64,000 bases of DNA from Deltaproteobacteria bacterium (GTDB taxonomy: Bacteria > Myxococcota_A > UBA9160 > SMWR01): assembly GCA_032128375.1 (NCBI GenBank), contig JAQBGU010000135.1, positions 7,213 to 71,212 of the forward strand, read 5' to 3'. The notes beneath the pieces are model-generated. The model had not been told where the DNA came from and searched no databases. It was given only the letters and a program-made list of their open reading frames with translations. Every line of letters starts with the position of its first letter. The first letter of the stretch is position 1. Made by a program: the position numbers and the translations under genes. This document shows positions 18,307-26,353 of the stretch, one piece after another.

Positions 18307-18996
18307 TTGGAGAATCGATTGCCCTTGCCGTTATCTGACCTACGCGATCACGAACGTGGCACCTACTCCCAATTCGGCGAGGAGGGTGTGCTGGCTCGCA
18401 TCTTTGAATCGATTGGTGTTCGGCATCGCTATTGCGTTGAATTCGGCGCCAAAGATGGGGAGACCCTTTCCAACACGGCTTCGCTGCGCCGCGAACAGAA
18501 CTGGTCGAGCTTGCTGATGGAGGCGGATCCGGCCTTCGCCGGAGAGGGCGTCCAAACCGAATTTGTGACGGCTGAAAACGTCAACGCGCTGTTCGCCAAA
18601 CACCATGTACCGGCTGAGTTCGATTTGCTGTCCATTGATGTCGACGGCAACGACTACTGGATCTGGCGCGCGATCGACGCTTTCGAGGCGCGTGTCGTGG
18701 TCGTCGAGTACAACATTTTCTTCGGGTTGGATGTCGCGAAGACGATTGAATACCGGCCCGATCACGTCTGGGACGGAACGACCTACCACGGCGCAAGTCT
18801 CGCTGCGCTAGACAAGCTGGGACGCGCCAAGGGCTATAGCCTCGTTCACACCGAGAGTTGGGCCCCCAATGCATTCTTCGTGAAGAATTCGGAACTCCCT
18901 CAGGGCTACGTCGAGCGGCCGATTCACGAGCTGACGAATTGGGCGTCGTATCGGGAACCTCGCGATACTCCGGATCGAAGCTGGGTATCCGTCTGA
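18307..18996 (+). CDS. FkbM-like methyltransferase-fold protein (uncertain)
   Basis: YSQFGEEGVLARIF ... YCVEFGAKDGETLSNT ... DLLSIDVDGNDYWIW resembles FkbM-type methyltransferases. TTG start. Confidence 0.5.
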   Translation: MENRLPLPLSDLRDHERGTYSQFGEEGVLARIFESIGVRHRYCVEFGAKDGETLSNTASLRREQNWSSLLMEADPAFAGEGVQTEFVTAENVNALFAKHHVPAEFDLLSIDVDGNDYWIWRAIDAFEARVVVVEYNIFFGLDVAKTIEYRPDHVWDGTTYHGASLAALDKLGRAKGYSLVHTESWAPNAFFVKNSELPQGYVERPIHELTNWASYREPRDTPDRSWVSV

Positions 18997-19115
18997 GGGT
19001 TCAGGCAGCAACCCACGAATGGCGCAGCCGGCTGGTTCCCACCGCTCATGGCTACTTGTCCCGCGAGAAGGAATTCTGCATACTCGCCGCCGAACTCCGC
19101 CTCCTCCAGAAATAG

Positions 19116-20051
19116 ATGCCTGATATCGTTGGGGCTCCAATGGCCGCCTCGGTTCCGGATCAGATCGTAGAGCGGCCCGACGCTGCCGCGTTATTGCCGT
19201 ATTCTGTCAAGCTCCCGGTCTTCGAAGGACCGCTTGATCTATTGCTGCATCTGATCAAAGTGAACGAAGTCGAGATCACCGATATTCCGATCGCGCGAAT
19301 TGGCGAGCAGTACCTCCAGTACCTCGGCGTGATGCGCGTGCTGGACCTGGATGTCGTCGGCGAGTATCTGTTGATGGCGGCCACGCTCGCGTGGATCAAG
19401 TCCCGGATGCTGCTGCCGGCAGAACGGGTCGGCGAGGACGGTGAGGAAATCGATCCACGCGCCGAACTCGTTGCACGGTTGCTCGAGTACCAGCGATTCA
19501 AGGAAGTTTCCCAGGAACTGGGGGAGCGCAATCGGCTGGACCGGGATGTCTTTGCCGGCCAATGCATGGATCTCGAGCCGCCGGCCGATGCGGACCGCGA
19601 GATCGAGGTCGGCTTGTTCGACTTGGTCAACGCATACCGCCAGGTCCTCGAAGAGAAGCGGGATGAGGAACCGGAAGCGCACGAAATCGAAGCCGAAGAA
19701 GTGACGATTCGGGATCGGATGCTTGCGATCATGCAGGTGCTCGAGGTTCGGTCGTCTGTGGAGTTCGATGTGTTTCTGGGTGACGAGCACCACAATCACG
19801 GGCATGATCATCACGGGTACCATCACGGGCAGCACAGGGAAGACCCTGAAGCGGGGAGCGCCGTGCGGACGATCCGCGTGTCTATGATCGTCGCGACATT
19901 CATCGCGATGCTCGAGCTGACTCGACTCGCTGCAATCCGGATCTACCAATCTCTCGACGACGTCGGCGCCCCGAGCGGTCCGATTCACCTGCGGCTGGCA
20001 GTTGCTACCGGGGATCGCAGTTGGGCGAAAGATCTGCCGGAGCACATGTAA
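19116..20051 (+). CDS. scpA: segregation and condensation protein A (kleisin ScpA), with a His-rich insertion
   Basis: [38 protein letters not shown] is the ScpA N-terminal signature. It is followed by scpB and rluB, a conserved order. Confidence 0.9.
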   Translation: MPDIVGAPMAASVPDQIVERPDAAALLPYSVKLPVFEGPLDLLLHLIKVNEVEITDIPIARIGEQYLQYLGVMRVLDLDVVGEYLLMAATLAWIKSRMLLPAERVGEDGEEIDPRAELVARLLEYQRFKEVSQELGERNRLDRDVFAGQCMDLEPPADADREIEVGLFDLVNAYRQVLEEKRDEEPEAHEIEAEEVTIRDRMLAIMQVLEVRSSVEFDVFLGDEHHNHGHDHHGYHHGQHREDPEAGSAVRTIRVSMIVATFIAMLELTRLAAIRIYQSLDDVGAPSGPIHLRLAVATGDRSWAKDLPEHM

Positions 20052-20085
20052 CGCGGCCTCGTTCGATCCGGCTGGATTCACGGCC

Positions 20086-20177
20086 TGTGAAGTTGTGAAG
20101 TTGTGAAGTGAAAAGCTAAAAAGTTGAATAGCTGAAAACAGAATGCAAAATGCAAAATGCAAAAAGCAGAAAGCAGG
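20086..20177. repeat. AT-rich microsatellite block: TGTGAAGT x3 ... ATGCAAA x3, AAGCAG(A/G) x2
   Basis: Read directly. By my count 32 of 92 bases are G or C, in an otherwise GC-rich window. It lies in the 186-bp spacer between scpA and scpB. Confidence 0.9.
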
Positions 20178-20237
20178 CATCAACGACGAAATCTTGTCGG
20201 CAACGGCTGTCGGTCGAACAGGATCTAGGGAGACGCC

Positions 20238-20927
20238 ATGGACGAAACCGAAAAGCGGGGCATCGCGGAAGCTCTGATTCTTGCATCGGTAGAGCCGCTT
20301 CCGGTCGCGCGACTCGCGAAACTGATCCCCCGCTGCACGCCGTCAAACGCCAAGGCATTGGTGGACTCGCTCAATGCGGACTACGTCGCGCAGCAGCGCG
20401 CGTTCGAGATCTGTGAAGTCGCGGGCGGCTACCAAATGCGCACGAACCCCGAGTACAAGACATACCTGGCGCAACTGCAGAAGACGCGGCCGTTGCGACT
20501 GTCCAATGCGGCGCTCGAGACGCTGTCGATCGTCGCCTACCGCCAACCGGTCACGCGGGGAGAAGTCGAACACGTCCGCGGAGTCGATGCCGGACCGGTC
20601 ATGCGAAGCCTGCTCGAGCGAAATCTCGTCAAGATTGCGGGTCACCGCGAAGTTCCGGGGCGTCCAATGCTGTATGCGACCACCAAGCGTTTCTTAGAAG
20701 TGTTCGGCCTGTCCGATCTCGAAGATCTCCCGACATTGCGTGAGCTCGAAGAGTTGCAGCCGATTGAGTCAGTGGCCGCTGAGGGGGATGGCGCCCGGCA
20801 TCTTTTGGAAGAGAGTCAAGACCTGATGAGCGATTCGTCGGAAGCGGACGATTCGAATGCTGTGCAGCAGGTCTCGGACGCGGACGTCGCACTCGAACAC
20901 CTGGAGATCGGCGGTAAGCCGAACTGA
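20238..20927 (+). CDS. scpB: segregation and condensation protein B (ScpB)
   Basis: IAEALILASVEPLPVARLAKLI ... LETLSIVAYRQPVTRGEVEHVRGVD ... GRPMLYATTKRFLEVFGL are the ScpB winged-helix motifs. Confidence 0.92.
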   Translation: MDETEKRGIAEALILASVEPLPVARLAKLIPRCTPSNAKALVDSLNADYVAQQRAFEICEVAGGYQMRTNPEYKTYLAQLQKTRPLRLSNAALETLSIVAYRQPVTRGEVEHVRGVDAGPVMRSLLERNLVKIAGHREVPGRPMLYATTKRFLEVFGLSDLEDLPTLRELEELQPIESVAAEGDGARHLLEESQDLMSDSSEADDSNAVQQVSDADVALEHLEIGGKPN

Positions 20928-20946
20928 CGGGCAGCGGCTCCGATAT

Positions 20947-21002
20947 CAAGCCCACTGCCAAGCCCGATACCAAGCCCTATGCCAAGCCCAGCCAAGCCCG
21001 AT
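20947..21002. repeat. 12-bp tandem repeat (CCAAGCCCGATA-like) x about 4.5
   Basis: CAAGCCC recurs at 20947, 20959, 20971, 20983 and 20993. It spans the scpB-rluB junction and the first codons of rluB, encoding PSPx repeats. Confidence 0.8.
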
Positions 21003-21740
21003 ACGCAGCGGCTGCAGAAAATTCTCGCAGCGGCCGGGGTCGGATCGCGCCGAGCTTGCGAGTCGCTGATCGGTACGGGCCGCGTTTCGGTCAACGGCCG
21101 GCGCGCGTCGCTCGGTGAGTCAGCCGACCCGGAGCGCGACGAGATCGCGGTCGATGGGACGCCGATCCTACGCGAGGCGTTCGAGTACTGGGTCGTCAAC
21201 AAGCCGCCCGGTGTGTTGTCGACAGTTCGCGATACCCGGGGCCGGCCGACCGTGCTGGACCTCGTTCCGGACCGATCCGCACGCGTGTATCCCGTCGGAC
21301 GTCTCGATCGAGACACTGAGGGACTCGTTCTACTGACAAACGATGGTGAACTGACCCATCGCATGTTGCATCCCTCATTCGGTGCCGAGCGTGAATACCG
21401 GGTGACCGCGCGAGGCCAGATTTTGGAACCGGTGTTGGCTCGCCTCGCGGCAGGTGTCGAACTCGACGACGGTCCCACCGCGCCGGCACAGGTCGGCGCG
21501 TCGAGCTTTGATCGCGTTTCGAAACGGACGCGTTTCAGTCTGACGTTGATCGAAGGCAAGAAGCGGCAAATTCGCCGGGTCATGCGCGAACTCGGCCACC
21601 CGGTGATTCAGCTCGTTCGCGTACGGATGGGACCGATATTTCTCGGAGACCTCCCTGTGGGCGATTCGAGGCCGGCGACCGCAGCCGAGCGCAGGGCGCT
21701 GCTCAGGCATCGCGGGTCGCGCTCATCTGAGCGCAACTGA
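20979..21740 (+). CDS. rluB: 23S rRNA pseudouridine synthase, RluB/RsuA family
   Basis: S4 domain RLQKILAAAGVGSRRACESLIGTGRVSVNG plus the catalytic VGRLDRDTEGLVLLTNDG. Confidence 0.9.
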   Translation: MPSPAKPDTQRLQKILAAAGVGSRRACESLIGTGRVSVNGRRASLGESADPERDEIAVDGTPILREAFEYWVVNKPPGVLSTVRDTRGRPTVLDLVPDRSARVYPVGRLDRDTEGLVLLTNDGELTHRMLHPSFGAEREYRVTARGQILEPVLARLAAGVELDDGPTAPAQVGASSFDRVSKRTRFSLTLIEGKKRQIRRVMRELGHPVIQLVRVRMGPIFLGDLPVGDSRPATAAERRALLRHRGSRSSERN

Positions 21741-21811
21741 TCGCGCAAGCTCAGTCGATCCATCCGCTTTTTTGTACTTGCCAATTCACTTCGCAAAAAT
21801 TCGCTATCTGA

Positions 21812-21841
21812 TTGATATTTATCATCTTTCAGGCGTATTAT
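21812..21841 (+). promoter_or_regulatory. sigma70-type promoter candidate (TTGATA - 18 nt - TATTAT)
   Basis: The -35 TTGATA is at 21812..21817 and the -10 TATTAT at 21836..21841. It sits in an AT-rich island about 80 nt upstream of the 21923 gene. Confidence 0.5.
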
Positions 21842-21922
21842 GCAGAGGTCGGGGCGGATTCTGGAAGCTGTAATCGGTGTAGCTCGGCTGCCGTGTAGTT
21901 CGGAGAGGGTGTTGGAGGCGTG

Positions 21923-22798
21923 ATGGCGAAAGAATCGAGCTGGCGCGATAGGGGCATTGTTGTGACGACCCGTGCGTTGTTGGCGGTCGCGCTGCTTGCG
22001 CCTGTCTCTGCCGCTGCCAGCATCACTGGCGTTTGCCCCGACGGGAGCATGTTCATTGTTCAGCGTGCGGATTCCATTCCGTGTCGCGGCGCCAAGGCGG
22101 TTGACCCCAGTGACATGCCGCCCTTGAAGCCAGAGTTTCTCCCTCGTCCGTACGGCTGGGAGGTCTTCAACCGGCGCAGCGATCCGAACAATCCCTACAA
22201 CCTGATCCAATCCGCTCCGATTGATGATCCGGTCGCGCTTGGCGAACGGCAACCCGGAGGGGCCGAGCCTGACGAGCGTGTAGCGGTTCGCTCCGAGTTC
22301 GTCAGCCAGAGCACGGCGCCCGTGTCCACGCCGCAACCGGCGCCTCCCGAAGCGACGCCGCTGGGGTTGGCGAATGGCGAGATTCGAGACCTCGTCATGA
22401 TCGTCGATCTATCGCAGCAGCGCGCACCGGCGGCACTGATGTCGGCCGGCTCGGGTGGCCGCGTTCAGTTGGCCATGTCGCCTGCGTTCGAGGCGCGGCT
22501 GCGTCAGCGCTTCGCAGAGAACGGGCGTTCTAGCAGTGGAAACGTCGTTCTGTTCAGTGCCGATACAGAGCAGGCGGGATCGTTCTACGGAAACCTGACG
22601 TTCGTCCAGGGACACATTGCCTACCAACCAGATTCAAGCGATCCGTTCCAACTCGGGTTGGTTCATGGAAGCATGGGGGAACTCGGGGTCGATGAACCCG
22701 TGCTCGGCTACGTGGTTCTGCCCGAGCACATGGACCTGACCGAGCCGGTCGACATCTACTGGAACGATCTCCAGATCACGGCAACACTGAGGCCTTAG
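21923..22798 (+). CDS. hypothetical secreted protein
   Basis: ORF 21920..22798. The ATG at 21923 follows GGAGG. The signal peptide reads TTRALLAVALLAPVSAAAS. I recognise no family. Confidence 0.55.
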   Translation: MAKESSWRDRGIVVTTRALLAVALLAPVSAAASITGVCPDGSMFIVQRADSIPCRGAKAVDPSDMPPLKPEFLPRPYGWEVFNRRSDPNNPYNLIQSAPIDDPVALGERQPGGAEPDERVAVRSEFVSQSTAPVSTPQPAPPEATPLGLANGEIRDLVMIVDLSQQRAPAALMSAGSGGRVQLAMSPAFEARLRQRFAENGRSSSGNVVLFSADTEQAGSFYGNLTFVQGHIAYQPDSSDPFQLGLVHGSMGELGVDEPVLGYVVLPEHMDLTEPVDIYWNDLQITATLRP

Positions 22799-22844
22799 TC
22801 GTTAGTCGTTGGCCACCCCATGGGAGGCTACCGCCACCCGACCC

Positions 22845-23348
22845 CTAGCGGGGAATCGACATGTAGAGCTGGGTGTAGAGCAGCGACCCATCCTTTGCGC
22901 GGATAATCCCTACACCGGTCGAGTTCATCGCGGGGGCCAACAGGTTGCGGCGGTGATCGGGCGAGTTCAACCATCCCTGCACGATCGCAAGGGTTGGATC
23001 GCTATCGCGAGTCAGGCCGAGGTTCTCTGCCGCCAGCGTCATGTCGCCAATGCCGGCTGCTTGGATGCGATCGACAGGGTTGGCGCCTTCGGGTGACTCG
23101 TGACTGAAATAGCCGCGTTGGGCCATGTCTTCGCTGTGGGCCGCCGCAACGCGGTCGAGGTCGCTGCGCCGCGCCAGCGGAATCAAGTGGTGTTGTGCAC
23201 GGACGCGATTGACCTCCGCGAACAAATGCTGCTCCAATCGCTCGAGCGTGGAGTCGCTGGCGGCTGCGGAAACCAGAAGTGGCGACAATGCGATTGCGAT
23301 CCACATTCCCAGCAGGAATCCGATGGCTTGTCCGATGGTTCTGGGCAT
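22845..23348 (-). CDS. CAP/SCP/PR-1 domain protein (YkwD-like), secreted
   Basis: VNRVRAQHHL ... LDRVAAAHSEDMAQRGYFSHESPEG ... AENLG ... WLNSPDHRRNLL are CAP-domain motifs. An N-terminal signal sequence is present. Confidence 0.85.
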   Translation of the reverse strand: MPRTIGQAIGFLLGMWIAIALSPLLVSAAASDSTLERLEQHLFAEVNRVRAQHHLIPLARRSDLDRVAAAHSEDMAQRGYFSHESPEGANPVDRIQAAGIGDMTLAAENLGLTRDSDPTLAIVQGWLNSPDHRRNLLAPAMNSTGVGIIRAKDGSLLYTQLYMSIPR

Positions 23349-23358
23349 GAAGGCCGGG

Positions 23359-24915
23359 TTAATGCAGCCGTCGTGGGTTCGAGTCTTGAACGGCGAGTTC
23401 CGGTGCGTCCAACAACTCTTTCCGTACCAGACGACCGTTGCGGTAGTGCGAGATTACCTCCACGTTTCCGTCGCCGTCGCTGTCCTCTTCGCTCCGGACT
23501 ACTTGGTCATTTTCGTCGTAGAAGAGTTCTACATTCGGCTCGCCATCCGCATCGAGGTCGCGGGTTTCGCGAAGCCTTCGCCCATCTTGATAGAAGCTGA
23601 TTGCATCGCGATACCCGTCATGGGTCGTATCCTGTTCGTGGCGTACCAGTTCGCCAGAGCGATAGAAGCTCCAGGTATCCACCGCGCCGTCTCCATCCGA
23701 GTCCGCACGCCGTCGAGCGATCGCACCTTGTTGGTATTCGGTCCACGTATCGATTGCGCCGGCCCCGTTGTTGTCCTCTTCCACGAGACGGATTTGATGC
23801 GACGCGACGTCGGTGTGGATGATCCGATCGACGTGGCCGTTGAAGTCCTCGTCGAGTTCCTCCCGCTCGATCTCGCCGTGATTGCGGTAGATCCACTGGT
23901 CGATTCGGCCATCGCTGTTGCGGTCCACGATGCCGTCGGCGATCGTCGAGTCAGAACTCGGATTGGCGGTCGCAGCGGAGTGATCCCTTGCGGGTACGCG
24001 GGGTGTGTTCGACGAACGCGATGGGATTGTCGAGTCGTGCGGGTCTTCGCGGTCTTTCCCCGGCCCGCGGCTCGGTAGATCGGGCGTCCGACGCAGCGCT
24101 TCGAGTTCGGCCGCGATCGACAGCCCATCGGTCGCGGCAAGAGACGCCGTGGTCAGCGTTGAGTCGGGCGCCAGTCCCTGGTGTGCGCTGTCCCTCTCTT
24201 GGCGCGCTTGGCGTTCGCTGAGTTCTTGCGACATGTTCTGAAGCGTCCGTTCCTCGTAGTTCTGCGCTCGGGGGGGCGGAGGCTGGGCCGACTGTGAGGT
24301 CGGATTGGGGGGTCGCGGTACCGCCGGACCCGGCTCCGGTTCGCCGACGATGGCTTCCTTCGCGAGCACGAACGGCGCGGCCGCGATCACCAGCGGCGCC
24401 GTCAAGTATTTCATGAACAGCGGGTCTTCGCGGATCGTGGTGTGTCGAGTGATGTCTTCGCGAGCGCCGCCTAGCATCGTCATGCCCGCATCGGGGTCGC
24501 TCTGTGGGGCCGGGGGTGGCTGATAGGCCGGCTGATACGAGGGTTGACCCTGGGGTTGCGTCGAGCGCGGATCCGCATTGGGCCGCCCGGGCGGGCCAGC
24601 GTACTGACTGCTTTGCCCGGATTGACCGTTGGGTCCGTTCGATTGCGAGGAGTAGGTCTGAGCAGCGGTGCTCCCCGGCGGCGGAGGCAGCGTGGGAAGG
24701 TTCGGCGCAGATTGTCCCGGGTAGATGATCGAGGCGCGGCTGCCGATATTCACGATCGGCGTTCGATCCAGGTCACGGTCGGAATGGCTATAGGCCATAC
24801 AGCCCCCAAGCGGAAGCAACGCAAGCGTCCCGAGCATGGCGGATCGGATCTGGCCTAGCCGTTTGGCACGGCGAGGTTGACGGGTAGCCTGCGAAGTAGT
24901 TCGACGGTTCGACAT
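23359..24915 (-). CDS. lipoprotein with a Pro/Gln-rich linker and about 7 C-terminal DxDxDG-type repeats
   Basis: Start re-set to MSNRRTTSQATRQPRRAKRLGQIRSAMLGTLALLPLGGC (lipobox LGGC; ATG 24915). The C-terminus has roughly 23-aa repeats such as DSDGDGAVDTWSFYRSGELVRHE and DSDGDGNVEVISHYRNGRLVRKE. Confidence 0.65.
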   Translation of the reverse strand: MSNRRTTSQATRQPRRAKRLGQIRSAMLGTLALLPLGGCMAYSHSDRDLDRTPIVNIGSRASIIYPGQSAPNLPTLPPPPGSTAAQTYSSQSNGPNGQSGQSSQYAGPPGRPNADPRSTQPQGQPSYQPAYQPPPAPQSDPDAGMTMLGGAREDITRHTTIREDPLFMKYLTAPLVIAAAPFVLAKEAIVGEPEPGPAVPRPPNPTSQSAQPPPPRAQNYEERTLQNMSQELSERQARQERDSAHQGLAPDSTLTTASLAATDGLSIAAELEALRRTPDLPSRGPGKDREDPHDSTIPSRSSNTPRVPARDHSAATANPSSDSTIADGIVDRNSDGRIDQWIYRNHGEIEREELDEDFNGHVDRIIHTDVASHQIRLVEEDNNGAGAIDTWTEYQQGAIARRRADSDGDGAVDTWSFYRSGELVRHEQDTTHDGYRDAISFYQDGRRLRETRDLDADGEPNVELFYDENDQVVRSEEDSDGDGNVEVISHYRNGRLVRKELLDAPELAVQDSNPRRLH

Positions 24916-25223
24916 CGCTGAAGTCCTCGGTCGCAAGGTGAAGTCATCAGCGCAGATGGGGTCATCGACGCGGATGGAGTCGTCCAGCCAAGACTGATGC
25001 AAGTTCCGTGCGCGCGAGCCCACTCGAATCGATGCGTCTTGAATCGGCGATACTTGTGAACAGTTGGACGAACACATGCATCTGAGTTGCGAACGAACTG
25101 CCACTTCGGGCTTATGCAGCTGGCGGGCAATTGGCGGAATGGCTGTACCCATTCGCACCGAAACGCCCGCGCGAATGATCAGGTTGACCCGAATGGATCG
25201 ATTCGAAGCGGCAATCGCGCTCG

Positions 25224-26237
25224 TCAGTCGAGGTTCGAGTGGGAACCCATCCGCCCGATTCCGACGGTCGCGCCAAAGCCCAGCGCGATCAGCGCCAGCG
25301 CTGATCCGGCCTCGCCCGCAGCAGGCGAGTACGCGACCTGGCGCCAGTCTTCGTGATCGATGCTCGCAAGGTTCTCGTCGGTGACGACCACACCCTTCAG
25401 GGTCTCACCTGCGACAGGAGCTTCAGCCCGTTGGAACGGCCACAGGCCCACGACTGCGCCGAGCAACAAGCCGAGCAGCGCACCCAGCGTCGCCTTGCGA
25501 TAGCGCAAGAGCAGCCACTTCAGCAGATTGCTGACCGCCACGACTCCCAACACAATCCCGATGCCCAGCGGAACGACGACCTTCATTGCGTCCAAAACGA
25601 GTGCGAGATCGCTGCCGGAGCCAGCGCCGTCGCCGAGCAGGCCCCGCTTCAGTTGATCGACGGTGCCGAGAATCGATTCGTATTGGCCCAGGATCAGCAG
25701 CAGGTAGCCGCCGCTGATTCCCGGCAGGATCATCGCAGAAGAAGCTGCCATGCCCGATAGGAAGATCAACGTCAGGCTGGCATCCTGCATCGAGCTGCCT
25801 GCTCCCCGGGTGAGCGTCATCAAAAGCATCAGAACGAAACCGCCTAGCGCGCCGAGTGCGAGCGAACCCGACATGGGGCGAGCCATTCGCCACACCAAGG
25901 GGACGCCACCGAGTGTCAACCCAATGAACAGGCTGTACATGATCCAGCGATGGTCGATGACGAGTCCCTTGACGGTTCCGGCGAGCAGCAGGATCGCAAG
26001 TGCCGCGCTGGCGACGATGGCTCCCAGCAGGATGATCGAGCGCGACCGAAAGCGCAGAGTGGTAACCTCGGCGATTCCCGAGATGAAGCCCGGGTAAACA
26101 CCAGCTGCCAACAACATCGTGCCGCCGCTGATTCCCGGCACCAGATTGGCGAGACCCATCAGAGTGCCACCGATCGCTCCGCGAACCAACAGCGAGAGCG
26201 GAGCGGTTTCGATGTCGTGGGATTCGGGCTCGTTCAT
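25224..26237 (-). CDS. DUF368 family membrane protein (polyprenyl-phosphate transporter family)
   Basis: The motif is duplicated: NLVPGISGGTMLLAAGVY and MILPGISGGYLLLILGQYE. The protein is polytopic. Start re-set to MNEPESHDIE (ATG 26237). Confidence 0.8.
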   Translation of the reverse strand: MNEPESHDIETAPLSLLVRGAIGGTLMGLANLVPGISGGTMLLAAGVYPGFISGIAEVTTLRFRSRSIILLGAIVASAALAILLLAGTVKGLVIDHRWIMYSLFIGLTLGGVPLVWRMARPMSGSLALGALGGFVLMLLMTLTRGAGSSMQDASLTLIFLSGMAASSAMILPGISGGYLLLILGQYESILGTVDQLKRGLLGDGAGSGSDLALVLDAMKVVVPLGIGIVLGVVAVSNLLKWLLLRYRKATLGALLGLLLGAVVGLWPFQRAEAPVAGETLKGVVVTDENLASIDHEDWRQVAYSPAAGEAGSALALIALGFGATVGIGRMGSHSNLD

Positions 26238-26353
26238 AGGGTCTCTCAGGCTGCTGTGTGTGCGCAGGACGCGGTACTGTAGCAGCGCATCGAGTGAGTG
26301 CATTCTCGAAAGCAGCAGATGTCCAGGGACATAGGAGCGTTGGGGGGACCGCC

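Noticed and set aside
21851-21865. GGGGCGGATTCTGGA resembles the conserved 5' end of tmRNA (GGGGCUGAUUCUGGA...).
   Set aside because: No tag-reading-frame region, pseudoknots or T-arm/CCA-type 3' end (GGTTCGAATCC...) follows within the next 400 nt. The region instead runs into a protein-coding ORF with a signal peptide.
24930-24995. An 18-bp imperfect direct repeat (GTCATCAGCGCAGATGGG / GTCATCGACGCGGATGGA) upstream of the 24915 lipoprotein start, which in the tracked ORF encodes DDSIRVDDPICADD.
   Set aside because: There are only about 2.3 imperfect copies. It lies upstream of a textbook lipoprotein signal peptide, so it is probably 5' UTR. That is insufficient to call a feature.
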